A program made the position numbers and the translations under genes. The notes below the pieces were generated by a model. It saw nothing but the letters and a program-made list of their open reading frames with translations, ran no database searches and was not told the DNA's origin. A stretch of 64,000 bases of DNA from Raillietiella orientalis (taxonomy: Eukaryota): contig JAYWIR010000113.1 of assembly GCA_036172245.1 (NCBI GenBank), positions 1 through 64,000 of the forward strand, given 5' to 3'. This document shows positions 1 through 12,959 of the stretch, one piece after another (positions within the stretch are counted from its first letter, which is position 1; the number at the start of each line of letters is the position of its first letter).

Positions 1-974
1 TTCAGCTGCGGTGGCGAACCCTCGCCATCGCAGCGAAGATGTGGAGCACCTCTTGGTGCGTTCCGGCCCGCCACCTCGCCAGGCGTGTGTCCCGATGCGA
101 AGGACTCGCGTCGTTTCTTCTGTGCCCTGGCCGGAAGTTCCGAAGATGCGGCCTTATGCTCGGACGGATAGCAACCCTGGCGAAGTCGAACGGTTGGATG
201 TTTTGTGGCCCCCCCAACACCTCCGCTTGGTTGGAGGAGTCTGCTGGCACATGGGCTAAGCAGAACCGGAGGAGTGAAAACAACATGAACTGCCTGCGAA
301 TCGGCCCATACGCCAACCGCACCCTGCGGGAAATACTGGAATTTCCTCGGAGTCGCAGATGGGCGTTGACGACCCCCCTTGCTACGGCGATGCCCTACCT
401 CTTGAAGGCGCTTCAGGATCGCCAGAAGCCGAGGTGGCAAGTCACCTGCCAGATCGCAGGCAGGGAGAAGATGTTTAGCGGCTGGACCACAGGAGAACTG
501 GCGGACGCCACGACCCCAAGCGTCAAGCCGCGTGGATTAATGAGATGCGGCGAGCTGCTCCCCATCCCAACGGATGCGCTGAAGTGGCCCCCGGTACAAG
601 AGGAATCCAGGATCCTGCCCCTTAAGTGGCAAGAGTCGGCGTTCCTACTGCTGCACTGGGGTTTACTCTGCAACGCACGCCGCTTCCACTGGACAAGGGG
701 AACTGTGGATCCTGAGTGTGTCAGGTGCGGAGAGCAAGAATCGCTATTCACAGCGCTTAGTGATCCCTTCCCTGCCCTCCAACTTCTTTGTGTCTGTTTA
801 TTTTTTTATTTTTCTTTATGTTTTATCCCTATCTTCCTTCGCTGCTGAGGAACGCTACGCTGGGCTGCGTCCCGGCGTCCCGGCAGGTCCAGTGCATATG
901 GCCGTGAGCGGGGCCTTGTATCGCGGATGTAGAATTTTTTAAAAATAAACGTCCCGGGCGTACCCGGGTGTAAA
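1..974 (+). mobile_element. 3' fragment of L1/Tx1-like non-LTR retrotransposon (gamma/delta-type 3' UTR)
   Basis: ORF2 C-terminus (LPLKWQESAFLLLHWGLLCNARRFHWT..CVRCGE) with a deletion near 750, followed by a T-rich UTR, AATAAA (944-949) and terminal hairpin cccgggcgtacccgggtgtaaa. Confidence 0.85.
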
Positions 975-3900
975 CCTCCAAGGCTGGCAAGAAGGCAGTG
1001 AGGCGTCCGGCCTCCACCGAGGAGTCGGTAACTTCCGACCCCGAAGCGCAGGCCGGAAACCAAGTTTCCATCTCCGCAGCACCCCGCCGGAAGGCTGGAA
1101 GGAAGTCCAGCAAACCTTGGAAAGCCTCTCTTGAGGTCGAAGGCGTGGAGATGACTTCCAACTGCGAGGGTGCCATGAGCGTGGGAGAATCCCAAGAATC
1201 GTCACCCGAGAGACCACCACGCACTGACACGGAGGTGATGGAGGGGGTTGAAGCCGGAAAGGTACCCAAGGTGCCTGAGGAGGCTGAAAGCCTAATGGTC
1301 ATCTCACCCGCCTCGGAAGAGGCGGGTTCCCCCACACCGTCATCTTTCCGGCAGTAGTGCCGGGAATCTCCTCCCGCCGTCGTCGTGATCTCTGCAGAAC
1401 AAGCGCAGTAGATCGAACGCATCTACGGAGGGAGGCTGTGGTATCGGTGTGGAACATTGAGAAGCTGTGGTGTCGCCTAACTGCTTCGGCCCGCTATCGA
1501 GGCCGCCGCCCGTGGAGTTCGGTTCGACCATCACGGTCGTGTAGGCCAGCTGACTTTCAGCTGGTCCCACTCGATCGACCTGATCGTTACGAACGTTTAC
1601 GCCCCGAGCGGAGCGGACCTGACGAACAGGAGGGCCAGGAAAGAATTTTTCCTCGCCCTATATCGCGACTGGTTGACCGAGGCAGGCGTGCGGAATGCCC
1701 ATCAGGTTGCAGGCGATTTTAACGTTCGTCTGAAACCGAATGGGCCGAATCACGAGCGTGACCTGGTCAACGAGGTGTGCGCGGCGGTGCACACATGTAA
1801 TTTGTTGGCCAGTGTACCAAAGATAAAGGACAACATCGGACACGTGTTCCTTGACGAGCACCTGTGCACTCGCGTAGGCGCTGCAAGATGCCGTGCGAGT
1901 TCTCCGACCATCGCCCAATCGTGATTGAAATCCATCCGCGCGACAAGGCCCCCCCCTGGTCAGCGTGGCGTTTGCCAGGGGACTGGCTGAAGCTCCCGGA
2001 CGCGACGGAACATCTCCGCACGTTTATACGGAGCTTTAGGATGCAGACACTTCAGGATTGGGACCGCTTTAAACGGTCGGTCCAGGAGTTCTGCGACCAG
2101 TTCCCTCTGAACCGCCTACCTGCGGGATTTGGGACCGGGGTCCGTAACGAACGAGCCTACCTGCACGTCCGTCGTTACGCCAGGACCCACGACATCCGCA
2201 CGCTGGCGGAATACAAAGCGAGAGCCGAGAGGCAAGCCAGGCAGTCCGGATCGGCCTGCTTGCTGGACGATCAGGGCCAGGAGCATTCGGCACCCGCTCA
2301 GATCCGCGGTCTGCTGCGGCGATTTAACTCCTCCTTGTACGCAAGAACGCCTCCCGAGCGGGATTTCTCACGAATCCTGCTCCCGGAAAGCGCTCCTGCG
2401 ATCTGGGAAGAGAAGAAAAATTCCCTCGACGAGTCTTTCAGGATGGGCGGGATCATCTCGGCCATCGGAAAGCTGAAGAGGCGAAAGGCTCCAGGGGAGG
2501 ACGGCCTCTCCGCGAAGTTTTAACAAACTTTCGCGGCTGAGCTAACCCCCTCGGTACATCAACTCACCTTGCTGATACGCGAGACAGGTGACGTTCCCGC
2601 CTCGTTTCGTTCGGCAAAGATGCGGCTTCTCCCTAAGGGAGGAGATCTGAGGAGCATGAACAACTGGCGTCCCATCACAATAGTGAATGCGGATGCCAAG
2701 TTGATAGCTAAGGTTTGGGCTGAGCGTTTGGGACAAGTTGCAAACGCCTTCATCAGCCCGGAACAAACGTATGCTGTTCCGGGGCGAAGCATGGAGGCGA
2801 ACCTGTTCTACGCTTCCACCTGGCTAGAGCTGCAACACGAAAGGGGCTTGATGCGCTCCGGGAATTCCGGTGAGTCCGTCAGTCATGCGACGGATGGTCG
2901 GATGGGTGAGGGAGCACTTGCGGTCGCTGTCGACTTCCGTAAAGCATTCGACAGCGTCGACCAGAATGTCCCGCTGGAGCTTTTGGTACGCTTGGGCTTC
3001 CCGGCCTCATTATTGGCCTATCTGCGCTCTAGCTGGCGCGATGCGCTAATCAATGTTACTTTCAGCGGGCATACGGTACACGGCGTGCCGGTGCGACGTG
3101 GAATCCGGCACGGGGACAGCCTGAGCCCCTTGCTCTTCAGTACCTACTTTGAGTTGGTACTGAAAGCGCTCAGGGAAACTCTGGCGCACCTGCCACATGA
3201 ATGCGCCAGCACGCCTGCTGTTTCAGCATATACGGACGACCTCCTGCTACTGCTCTCTATGTCCACCCCGGCTTCGGCGGTCGAGAAGTTCTTCGACCTG
3301 CTGAATCGTGGAACCGGCCTCACGGTGAACAGGGCGAAGTCGTCCGTGATGCCAGTTGGTGCGGCGTGGGCAGGGCAGCAGGACTGGGTCCGTTTGGGGA
3401 TCCCCACGGTGAGGTACTTCAAGTATCTTGGTGTGCCGTTGGGGGACTACTCCCCTGCGGAAGCGTGATCCGGCTGCCTTCAAAAAGTAGAGACGGCTAT
3501 CGGCCCGTTCCAAGGCGGCAGGTTTTTTCTGCCTGAACGGGCCGCGGTTTGGAACATGTACGCGGCTCCCCTCCTCCGTTCCCTGCTGTTTGTTTGCCCC
3601 CCCACAGAGAGGATCAGAAAGCGGACGAAAAACCTCCTCCGTATCGCCCTTTGAGGCAACGGGAGGCCCCGAGTCCGCCTGAAGAACTTGTGCGCTCCGC
3701 GTCGGGACGGCGGTCTCGGCCTCCTGACATTGGAGCGGCTGAAGCCGCAGCTCTGGTTCCGGATTTTGGCACTTGTGCCGGAGTTGTGGTGCACCTGTTG
3801 GTGCGTCCCTGCACGTCTCCTCCTTCAGCAAGCCACCGGCAAGACGGGACTTACGTCGTTACTTGCACTCCATCGAAGCCCCATCAACCGATGTGGGCTT

Positions 3901-5052
3901 CAGCTACGGAGGGTGGCTGCGATGGCAAGGAAAAATCAAGGATGGATCACCTGTCTCCCCGCGAACGGTAGTGCCTGGTTGCAGTAAACCGTTCGTACGT
4001 GGGAGCAGTTCGGCATGCAACGCTATCAACAGGAACGAAGGTTCCTGTTTGGGGGTTACAGAAGTTGCACGCTCCGCGAGATCCTGGGGGATCCTAAGAA
4101 GAGAGCGTGGTCAGGAAGAACCCCCCTCGCTGCTGCGCTATACTCCCTAGTGGAACATCAGGACAGCGATGTAGCGGCGAAGTGGGAGATTACAATAAAA
4201 ATCTCCGGGAAGGGAAGAAGCCTAGAGAGTGGAAGACAAGCCAGATAACTGATGCTGCGACCCCGAGTACGCCTCCTAATGGACTTCTGCGCTGGGGAGC
4301 GCTGCTGGATGTTCCGATTGAACATCTGAAGTGCCCCTGATTCTTATGAACACTTCCATCCTCCCCCTAAAATGGCAAGAGTCGGCATTCCTGTTGCAGC
4401 ACTGGGGACTCCCCTGCAACGCCCGTCGACATCACTGGACCTGGGGAGCGGTGGATCCCAATTGTGTAAGGTGCGGGGAAAGGGAGTGCCTCCCCCATCT
4501 CCTAGTGGATTGTGTTGCCCTTCGGCCCATTTGGTTCCGCTTTGCTGCGGCCATCGGTATCCATTGCAGGAATCCCAGGGACGCTCTAAAAGCCTTCTTC
4601 GTTGCCGACGCCCTGCGGCCAGCGTCTTCGATAGCAGCCTTGTGCTGCCTTCGTGGGATCGTCGCCGCCTGGAGCACGGCGACGGGAGGATCTAGCGATC
4701 AGCAAACCATCCAGTGCTCCTCCGAATTCCTGAGAAGGGCGTCGCGATGGCCCCACCTGTATGTTCACAATAAACAAGAGCTTGCCAGCATCCTGAGAGG
4801 GATGATGCGGCCCTAGAAGCAACAGTGATTCCTTCCCGTTCCCTCCCACCCTTTGTTTTTTTTTTTTTTTTTTAGTTTTTTTTGTTTTTCCCCTTTCCCT
4901 TGCTGCCTTGATGGACGGTACCGGTATAGAAACCGGTGAATTGGCAGACGCCGTGGTTCTTAGCTTCTGGCTGGAGCATTGCCACAGCCATTAATAATTT
5001 GTTTACAAAGTTTATTTTTTTATTAAACGACTCGGAGAAATCCAGGTGAAAA
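975..5052 (+). mobile_element. Family alpha retrotransposon, 3' part (ORF1 C-terminus, EN-RT-zf, 3' UTR)
   Basis: ORF1 tail, TAGTG junction at 1355-1359, GDFN, NNWRPITIVNAD, DFRKAFD, RHGDSLSP, YTDD, CVRCGERECLPHLLVDC; ends attaaacgactcggagaaatccaggtgaaaa. Confidence 0.9.
1357..4816 (+). pseudogene. ORF2 (APE endonuclease-reverse transcriptase-zinc finger), disrupted
   Basis: Pieces in ORFs 1673-1924, 1864-2523, 2569-3468 and 4331-4816, separated by stops and frameshifts. Confidence 0.9.
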
Positions 5053-6750
5053 TCGAATGCTTTCCGCAAGTCGATTGCGACCGCAAGGGCTTCCTCCCCC
5101 ACCCGACCATCCGACCCCTTGCTGGCGCACGCACCGGAATTCCGACTGCGCACGAAGCTCCTTTCATTTTGGAGCTCTATCCAGGTAGAAGCGTGGAACA
5201 GGTTCGCCTCCATGCTTCGCCCGGGAACAGCATATGTCTGTTCCGGGCTGATGAAGATGTTGGCAACCCGTCCCAACCGCTCTGCCCAAACGTTAGCCAG
5301 CAACTTTTCGTCCGAATTCACTATTCTGATGGGACCCCAGTTGTTCATGCTCCTCAGATCTCCTCCCTTTGGGAAGAGACGCACCTTTGCCGAACGAAAC
5401 GAGGCGGTAACGTCACTTGTTTCCCGTATCAGCAAGGTGAGTTGCTTTACCAGGGTAGTAAGCTCAGCCGCGAAAGTTTGATGAATCTCCGCGGGTAGGC
5501 CGTCCTTTTTTGGAGCCTGGCGCCTCTTCAGCTTTCCGATGGCCGAGAGGATCTCGTCCATCGTGAAAGGCTCGTCGAGGGTCTTTCTCTGCTCCTCCCC
5601 GATGGCTGGAGCGCCTTTCGGAAGCAGGAGTCGTAAGACGTTCCTCTCCGGAGGTGCAATGGCATACAGGGAAAAGTAGTAACTCCGCAGCAGGTCTCGG
5701 ATTTGGCCCTACCCTGGCCCTGATCGTCCAGCAAGCTGGCTTATGCGGACTGCCAGGCTCTCCTCTCGACTCTTGCTTTGTATTCCGCCAGCCTGCGGAT
5801 GTCGGTGGTCCTGACGTAACGACGGGCCTGCAGATAGGCTCGTTCGTTACGGACCGCGGTCCCAAAACCCGTAGGTAGGCGGTGCAGAGGGAACTGGTCG
5901 CAGAACTCCTGGACCGGCCGCTTAAAGCGGTCCCAATCCTCGAGTGTCCGCAGCCTGAAGCTCCTTATGAACGTGCGGAGATGTTCTGCCGCGTCCGAGA
6001 GCTTCCGCCAGTCCCCTAGGAGACGACACGCTGACGAGGGGGGGCCACTTTCGCGCGGATGGATCTCGAGGTCTAGCGGGCGATGGTCGGACAGCTCGCA
6101 CGGTAACTTTCCGCGCCTGGCCACGCGAGGGCACAGGTTCTCGTAAAGAAACACGTGGTCAATGCTGTCTTCCATCCCCGGTGCACTGACCAACAAATTA
6201 CAGGGGTGCACCGCCATGCACACCTTGTTGACCAGGTCACATTCGGGATTCTCCCCATCTGGATTCAGGCGAACGTTGAAATCTCCTGTAACCAGATGGG
6301 CATTCCGCACGCGTGCTTCGGTCAGCCAGTCTCGGCGGAGGGCAAGGAAAAACTCCTTCCTCGCGCTCCTGGTCATCAGGTCCGCGCCGTTCGGTGCGTA
6401 CACGTTCGTGACGATCAGATCGATCGAGTCGGACCACCTGAGAATCAGCTCGCAGACACGACCGTGATCGTCGAACCGCACGTCAGGAGCTGCGGAATCG
6501 ACGGCTGGTCGAAGCAGGTAGACGACACCGCAACTTTTCGCTCTCCCACACCTGTACCATAGCCGCCCTCCGTAGATCCATTCGATCTCTTGCGCTTGTT
6601 CTGCAGAGCTCACGTGGGTCTCCTGCAGCAGCGCAAGGTCGTAGGACTCCAGAAAGGCGGCCATGTCTCGTCTCCTGCCGGCGTCTGTCATGCCGTTCAC
6701 GTTCCAAACGGCGATGCGCAGACGACGGCGGGAGGAGATTCCCGGATATA
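5053..6750 (-). pseudogene. ORF2 endonuclease and N-terminal RT, truncated
   Basis: ORFs 5741-6700 and 4872-5561 carry EN and RT motifs. Confidence 0.88.
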
Positions 6751-8382
6751 CTGCTGGGAAGAATAAGGTGTTGGGGAGCCCGCCTCTTGCGAGGTGGGCG
6801 GGATGTCCATGGGGGTTTCGGCCTTCTCAGGCACCTGAGGCACCCGTTCGGCCTCCACCCCCTCCATCCCCTCCGTGTCCCTGCGTGGGAGTCTCTCGGG
6901 CGACAGCTCCAGAGAGTTTCCCACGCTCATGGCACCCTCGCTTGCGGAAGCCATCTCTTCCCCTTCGACGGGGGAGACGAGCTTCCTTGGCTTTGTGGAC
7001 TTATGTCCAGCCTTCTTGCGCGGTGCCGTGGAAACCGAGGCTGCGCTTCCGGCCTCCACCTCGGGGTCGGAAGTGAGGGAATTCTGAGGGGAGGCCGGAC
7101 GCCTTACGGCCTTCTTGCCAGCCTTGGAGGGTTCTGGCTGCAGAGAAGCTGCCAGCTCCTCCGCGGCTCGCGCGAAGGCGACGTCATCGATGGTGGTGTC
7201 GATGACGGACGCCGCCGCCGGCTCGCTCCCCTCGCTGTTGACTGTGTCAACAGAGGGGAGGTCGTCGGTAGCGGCGAGTTCTTTCCGGCAGCGTTCGGCA
7301 ACATCGAGAACCCGTTCGACAACGACGCTGCACTCTTTAATTATCGCGCTACCCTGCTCTTTCTTCTTCTGTTGGTAGGCGATTTTCTTTTCCATCCTCC
7401 TCTCCTTCTTTGATTTTTTGGCCGTTGCCACTTGCCACCCAGTCTCCTGGCCGGCTCCCTCAACTTTTTCGGCGTTGGTCGCCGGGGTCTCGGGTGCGGC
7501 CTGGGTCTTGGGCGCGGGTGGCACAGCCTTCGCGGCAGCTTTCGCCGCCAGCCTTTTCTGCAGAAGCCGGGCGCGTTTTTTAAGGTTTCTCTTGGAAACC
7601 ACCCGCACTGCTGCTTTAGGGCACACCTCCTTCGTGTGTCCCATGGTTCTGCATACTTGTCACTGCACATTGGGACACCTCTTTTTGAGGTGGCCTGAGG
7701 TATTGCAGAAGCTGCAGTATTTCGGCTTCCCCACATACCAGAGGTCGACGGTTCCGCCTTCGACCACCAGTTTGTGGGGAAGAGTGCAGTCCTTCCGAAC
7801 GGTCACGCGCGCAGCAGTGAGGTCGTGTTGCAGCTCCGTGTAGTCCTCGGAAAAACTAACTTTCGTCCACTGCGCGTGGACCGTTCCAAATTGTTCTAGC
7901 GAGGCGCGAAGCTGTTCCTTGCGCATCCGCGCGGTGACACCTAACAGGTGGACCACCATGCTGCGGTCCGCCGGAATAGGGAGGAGCCTGCGCATCCCCA
8001 TCACCACGGGGGTTTTAAGCAGTCGTTGGGCCAGCTTTGCTTGTTTGCAGATGACCTCAACGTACTGACCCCCGCTGTGGATGGTGATAGCGCTGAGCTC
8101 CTCGTCTTTCACATCGAGAGCTCGCATGCCCTTCGAGAACGCGCACTCGCTCTCTAAAGAATATAAATTGCTTACCTTGTATAACAATGAGGGTTTGTAC
8201 CCCTCCTCTACATAGATAGACAATTCCGCCGCGGCTGCAGGCGATGGCGCCGACACAACGGCGCTGCACGCCCGCGCTGCAGCGGGGACCGATTCTGTGG
8301 GGGCGGATGCTTCCACCTCCATCGCCTCTGGGGACGACGTTGCCGCTGCCCCCTGTCCATCCCTGGTGGTCGCGTCAAGCAT
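6750..8382 (-). pseudogene. ORF1 gag-like nucleic-acid-binding protein with CCHC zinc knuckles
   Basis: ORFs 7660-8631 and 6697-7644 joined by a frameshift near 7660; ATG at 8382 (MLDATTRD); two CX2CX4HX4C knuckles. Confidence 0.85.
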
Positions 8383-8475
8383 TGCTGCCTGATCGACCAC
8401 CGAACCACACGATGTTAGCACTAGGGGAGACTTCCTGGCACGAGGAGCACCGAGAAAACACGTCCACCCTAGAGC

Positions 8476-8557
8476 GCACAAGGCGTTCGACAGCGTCAAC
8501 GAGAATCTCCTGCTGGAGCTTCCTGAATGCTTGGACTTCCCGTCTTCATTAGTGGCC
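8476..8557 (+). mobile_element. Short RT fragment starting at HKAFD (host flank of the alpha element)
   Basis: Translates HKAFDSVNENLLLELPECLDFPSSLVA; similar to 9381-9457. Confidence 0.8.
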
Positions 8558-8774
8558 TTGGAAAAGGGAGCGTTTGTTCTCTCCTCCGTGGTGCAGTTTT
8601 CCCTACTTGCGTGTATTAAGGAGCGCAACAATCCTTTTCTCTTCCAATATCCACCGTGGCGTCCTCAGGCAGTCCTGCCATGAAATAACGGCGATTCATC
8701 ACTCAAAAGAACACTAAAGAAAAGCTTCGCAAACTGGTGCGGCAAAAGCGCAAAGACAACACGTTTGCACGCCT

Positions 8775-11471
8775 CCCGCACGCGACAGCATTTCCCTAGA
8801 GGGATATCTCACGACTCTTGGTTTTGAAATGCGCTCCAGCTATCATGGAGGAGGATAAAAAGTTCCTCGACGAGCCTTTCACGATGGGCGGGATCATCTC
8901 GGCCATTGGGAAGCTGAACAGGAGCAAGGCTCCATAAGAGAACGGCCTGTCCGAGGAGTTTTATCAAATTTTCGTTACTGAGCTTACACCCCTGGTACAT
9001 CAACTCACCTTCCTGATACGCGAGACAGGTGACGTTCCCGCTTCGTTTTTCTTGGCTAAGTTGCGGCTCCCGAAGCAACGAGATCAGAGGAGCATGTGAA
9101 ACTGGCATCCCATCACAATAGTGAATGCGGATGCTAAGGTGAGAGCTAAGGTTTAAGCTGAAGGCTTGTTTCGCGTAGCAAACGCCTTCATGAGCTCGGA
9201 ACAGACATATGCTCTTCCCTAGCTAATCATGGAAGGCGAACCTGATCCACGCTTCCACCTGGTTAGAGCTCCAACAAGGAATGGGCTTATTGAGTAACCA
9301 GAATTCCGGTGCGTCCGTCGCTCGGAGTTGGGATGGTCGGGTGGGGGAAGGATCTTCTGCGGTCCCTCTCGACTTGCGCAAGCATTAGACAGCGTCGACC
9401 AGAATCTCCTGCTGGAACTTCTGGAACGCTTGGGCTTCCCGTCTTCATTAGTGGCCTATCTGCGCTCCAGCTGGCGCGACGCGTTGATGAACCTTTCTTT
9501 CAGCAGGCAGACTGCGCACGGCGTGCCGGTGCGGCGTGGGATACGACAGTGAGACAGCCTAAGCCCCTTGCTGTTCAGAACCTACATTGAATTGGTACGG
9601 TGAGCGAACAGAGAAACTTTGGGGTACCTTCCTCAACTATGGCGGTTCGCCTGCGATGTCAGCATTCGCGGACTACCTACTGTTACTGATCCCTATGTTC
9701 AACTTAGCATCAGCGATCGAGGATTGCTTCGACCTGGGAACTGGGCTTTTGTTGAACGGGCAAAGTTATCCTTGATGCCAGTTGGTGTGACGTGGCATTG
9801 CAACAGGACTGGGTCCGTTTGGGGATCACCACTGTTCGGATCTTCAAGTACTTTGTTGTACCGATGGGGGATTATCTCTCTTCGGATGCGTTTTCCAGAT
9901 ACCTTCAGGAGGTAGAGAAGGCAATCGACCCGTTCCAAGGCCGCAGGTTTTTCCTGCCGGAAAGGGCCGCGGTGTTGAACGCGTTGGCGGTCCTTCTTTT
10001 GAGTTGCCTACCTCTTCTTTGTTCTTCCACTACAGAGAGAAAAATGCGGACGAAGGACTTCCTCTAAATTGCCCAGTGGGGTAGGAGTATGGTCCGAGTT
10101 CAGATTGTACACTTGAGCGCTCCGCATAGAGAGGACGTTTTCGGCCTCCGGACGATGAAGCGGCTGGAGAGCCAGCTACAGTTTTCATTACTCGCACTAG
10201 GGACTTAGTATTATAGCAACATCTCTTGCGAGCTGGCACGTCTCCTCGTCAAACAGGCCACCGGCAAGGTGGAACTGTCATCCTACCTTGGGCTCTATCG
10301 TCGCTGCCAAGTCGCCCACTGCGCTTTGCAGCTTTGGAGAATGGCCGAATTGATGAGAATGATCGCGGGATGGCTCTTCTCTCGCCCCGTTAATGGATCC
10401 GCATGACTGCAGAAAACTGTTTACATTTGGGCGAAGAGCAACGAACAACGCACCCAAATAGATCGCAGGCAATTGTTTGCACGTAACGACCACCTAACGT
10501 TACGGGAGAACCTGGAGATCCCCAAAAAACAAGCATGGGCAAGGAAAACCCTCCTCGCTGCAATATTGTCTTCCCTCTTGCATCATCTTTACAGCAACAC
10601 TACGGCGTGATGGGAAGTGGTCGCTCAAGTCTTCGGCACGGAGGAACAGATCAAGAAAAGGAAAACGGGTTTTCTATGTGATACTGAGGCCCGGATTACC
10701 ACTACTATTGGACTTTTGAGCTGCAGCGAGCTGCTGGAAGTTTCGCCGGAGCAACTGAAGTGGTCCCTTGTGCTGATGAACCACTCCCACCCTCCCATTA
10801 GAATAGCAGGGGTCGGCATTACTGTTGCTGCTTTGGGGACTCCCTTGCAACTCCTGCTGGCACCACTGAATCTGGGGAGCGGTAAACTCTTATTGTGTGA
10901 GGTGTGGAGAACGGGTTTCCCTCCTTATGGATTGCGTTGCGCTTCGGCCCCTTTGGAACCGCTCCTCCGCGTCAATCGCAATCCACTGTGGCAATCCCAG
11001 AGACGCAGTTAGGTTCCTCTTCATTTGTAACGCCCTTCGGCCTGCGACCTTGTTAGCAGCTATGTGCTGCTTTCGCGGTATCGTCGCTGCTTGGAGCAAG
11101 GCAACGGCAGAACAACGCGATAACCTTGTCGTCCAATGCAGAGCCGAATTCATGAGCACGGCGACAAGATGGACACATTTGGTTAGCCTAATCAAAGAGC
11201 AGCTTGCTGTCATTCTAGAGGGGATGTAACGGCCCCACAGAAGACTGTAATCCGTTCCCGTGTCCTCCAGAAGTAGTTTTCATGTTTTTTTTTATGTTTT
11301 CTTATATCATTTTGTTTTTGTCAGCCCTCTCTTTTACCGTGGTGGAACCTACTGGAGTGCGAACCGGTGACGCGGTAGGCTTAGTGCTGTTTACTTGTGC
11401 GTGGATGGACCACCAGTAAAGCCACTGGTTCTCCTTTTATTCAAAAGAATAACCCGCGAAACCGAATGAGA
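8775..11471 (+). mobile_element. Degenerate retrotransposon, RT to 3' end (beta-like 3' UTR)
   Basis: RT remnants (GVPVRRGIRQ, SAFADY, FKYF), zf remnant ORF 10897-11229; 3' UTR resembles the 36616-36860 UTR. Confidence 0.8.
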
Positions 11472-12950
11472 AGCGAACGTGAGCGCGTGTGTGTTTACTT
11501 TGTTCGTGCGCTTGTTATGCTTTTTTTCCTTTTCTGGTGTCCCTATGGATTCGGTGGTGGCTTGGCAGCAATGCCTGAGGTCACCACTAGTTACACCATG
11601 CGTGTGACGCCTAAGTCTCCCTCAGAATAAATGGATGTGGGGCAACTGCCCCACAGAAGCTTCACTTGCTTTAGCGAAAAGCTGGAGTTTCGTGGCTACG
11701 TCGTCATTGCTAGCGGCTGTGGCTGATTTGAGCGTCCACCTGGAAGAATACATTCGCTTGCTGGTCCACAAGGTAGGCAATCTATAAACCCCGTAGATTG
11801 CGCGCATTTTCTTCAAAACGATGCACTTTCTGAAAGTTACAGAGAAGCTGCTGTTTGCAATGTCCATCAGGAACTCTGAACCGTACGTGGAGTGATTTGC
11901 AAGGAAGGAATTCTTGCCCAGCGTCGGTTTTGGATACCAGTTCTATTCGGAAATTGCCGGTTTCGCCTTATTACGAAGGATAGTTCCGTCGTGATCTATC
12001 TCATACGTATAAACTTTCTGATGGTGAAAAAGGTTGTCCGAAAACAATTTTAAAATTTGGCACCATCCACGCGTTGTGCCAAAGTCCACTCCATTTTCGG
12101 AATACAGCCGGTTCTTATGCGGACTGGCTGCCACCCCGATAACGGCCTGCGATCGCTGTTCCATAAGTAAGAAGCATGAGGTCTACGGCGAGTCCTTTGA
12201 CATTTGGTATGTTGGCAAGCCACATTACTGCGGGAATTGCAGCACTTCGGAACACCTGAAAAAAGGTGTACCCACGTGCATTGCAAGCATTGCTATCACC
12301 CCGGGCACACTCGTCCGATGTGCACGCAAAATCTAGTTCTCGTCGCATCCGCACGGCATGGGAAGAAGCACGAGGCAAAGAGATTAAGAATTGTAGCAGC
12401 ACGAGATTCCGCTTAAAACGAAAATTCCACGCTCAGTGTAGAGGTCAGCTCTGAGACCATATAGTTAAACAGTGATGAGGTTGAAGAGAAGAAACAGGAG
12501 CCTGGGAGATAGGTAGTTCAGTACAAGTGGCTAAAAAACTGAAAGGAAAGAAAGTAAAAGCATATCGCGAGACAGCGAGGATTTGCTGCAACGCGAAAAA
12601 CCAAACCATGCTCCGTGGTCATCGAACGAACTTCTGCGGTCGAACAGAGCGTCAAAGATAAACTCTTCGCTGCCCACTCTCAGCCCTCGGGTTGTATGAT
12701 CACGGAGGTATAAACACGGCGGTAGCGTCCGTCATCGCGCACATACTTTATGAAGTCTATTTTAAGCGAGCGGCAAATGAGCACGCTGCGTCATTGCAAC
12801 GATCCCCCTTGGCCGCGAAAAAGCCTCAAGGCGTCCGACCTCGTTAAAGAAGTCGGAAGTTTCCGACTCCGACGCGGAGGTGGAATATAAAGTCTGCGGG
12901 ATCCCAGTCTCCTTCCTGAAGCCCTACCGCATGACCAAGACTACCCGGAA
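11472..12950 (+). mobile_element. Highly degenerate ORF1 region of a related element
   Basis: DIWYVGKPHYCGNCSTSEHLKK knuckle motif near 12200. Confidence 0.65.
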
Positions 12951-12959
12951 AATTATTTG

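Larger units (their letters stand above)
5053..8475 (-). mobile_element. Family alpha retrotransposon, 5' part (5' UTR, ORF1, EN, RT up to KAFD)
   Basis: ORF1 with CSFCNTSGHLKKRC; EN ORF 5741-6700 (LLQETH, GDFN, SDH); RT cut exactly at DLRKAFD. Confidence 0.9.

Noticed and set aside
4850..4890. T-rich tracts read as poly(A) tails of opposite-strand elements
   Set aside because: They lie at a fixed internal position of each 3' UTR, between the ORF2 stop and the hairpins.
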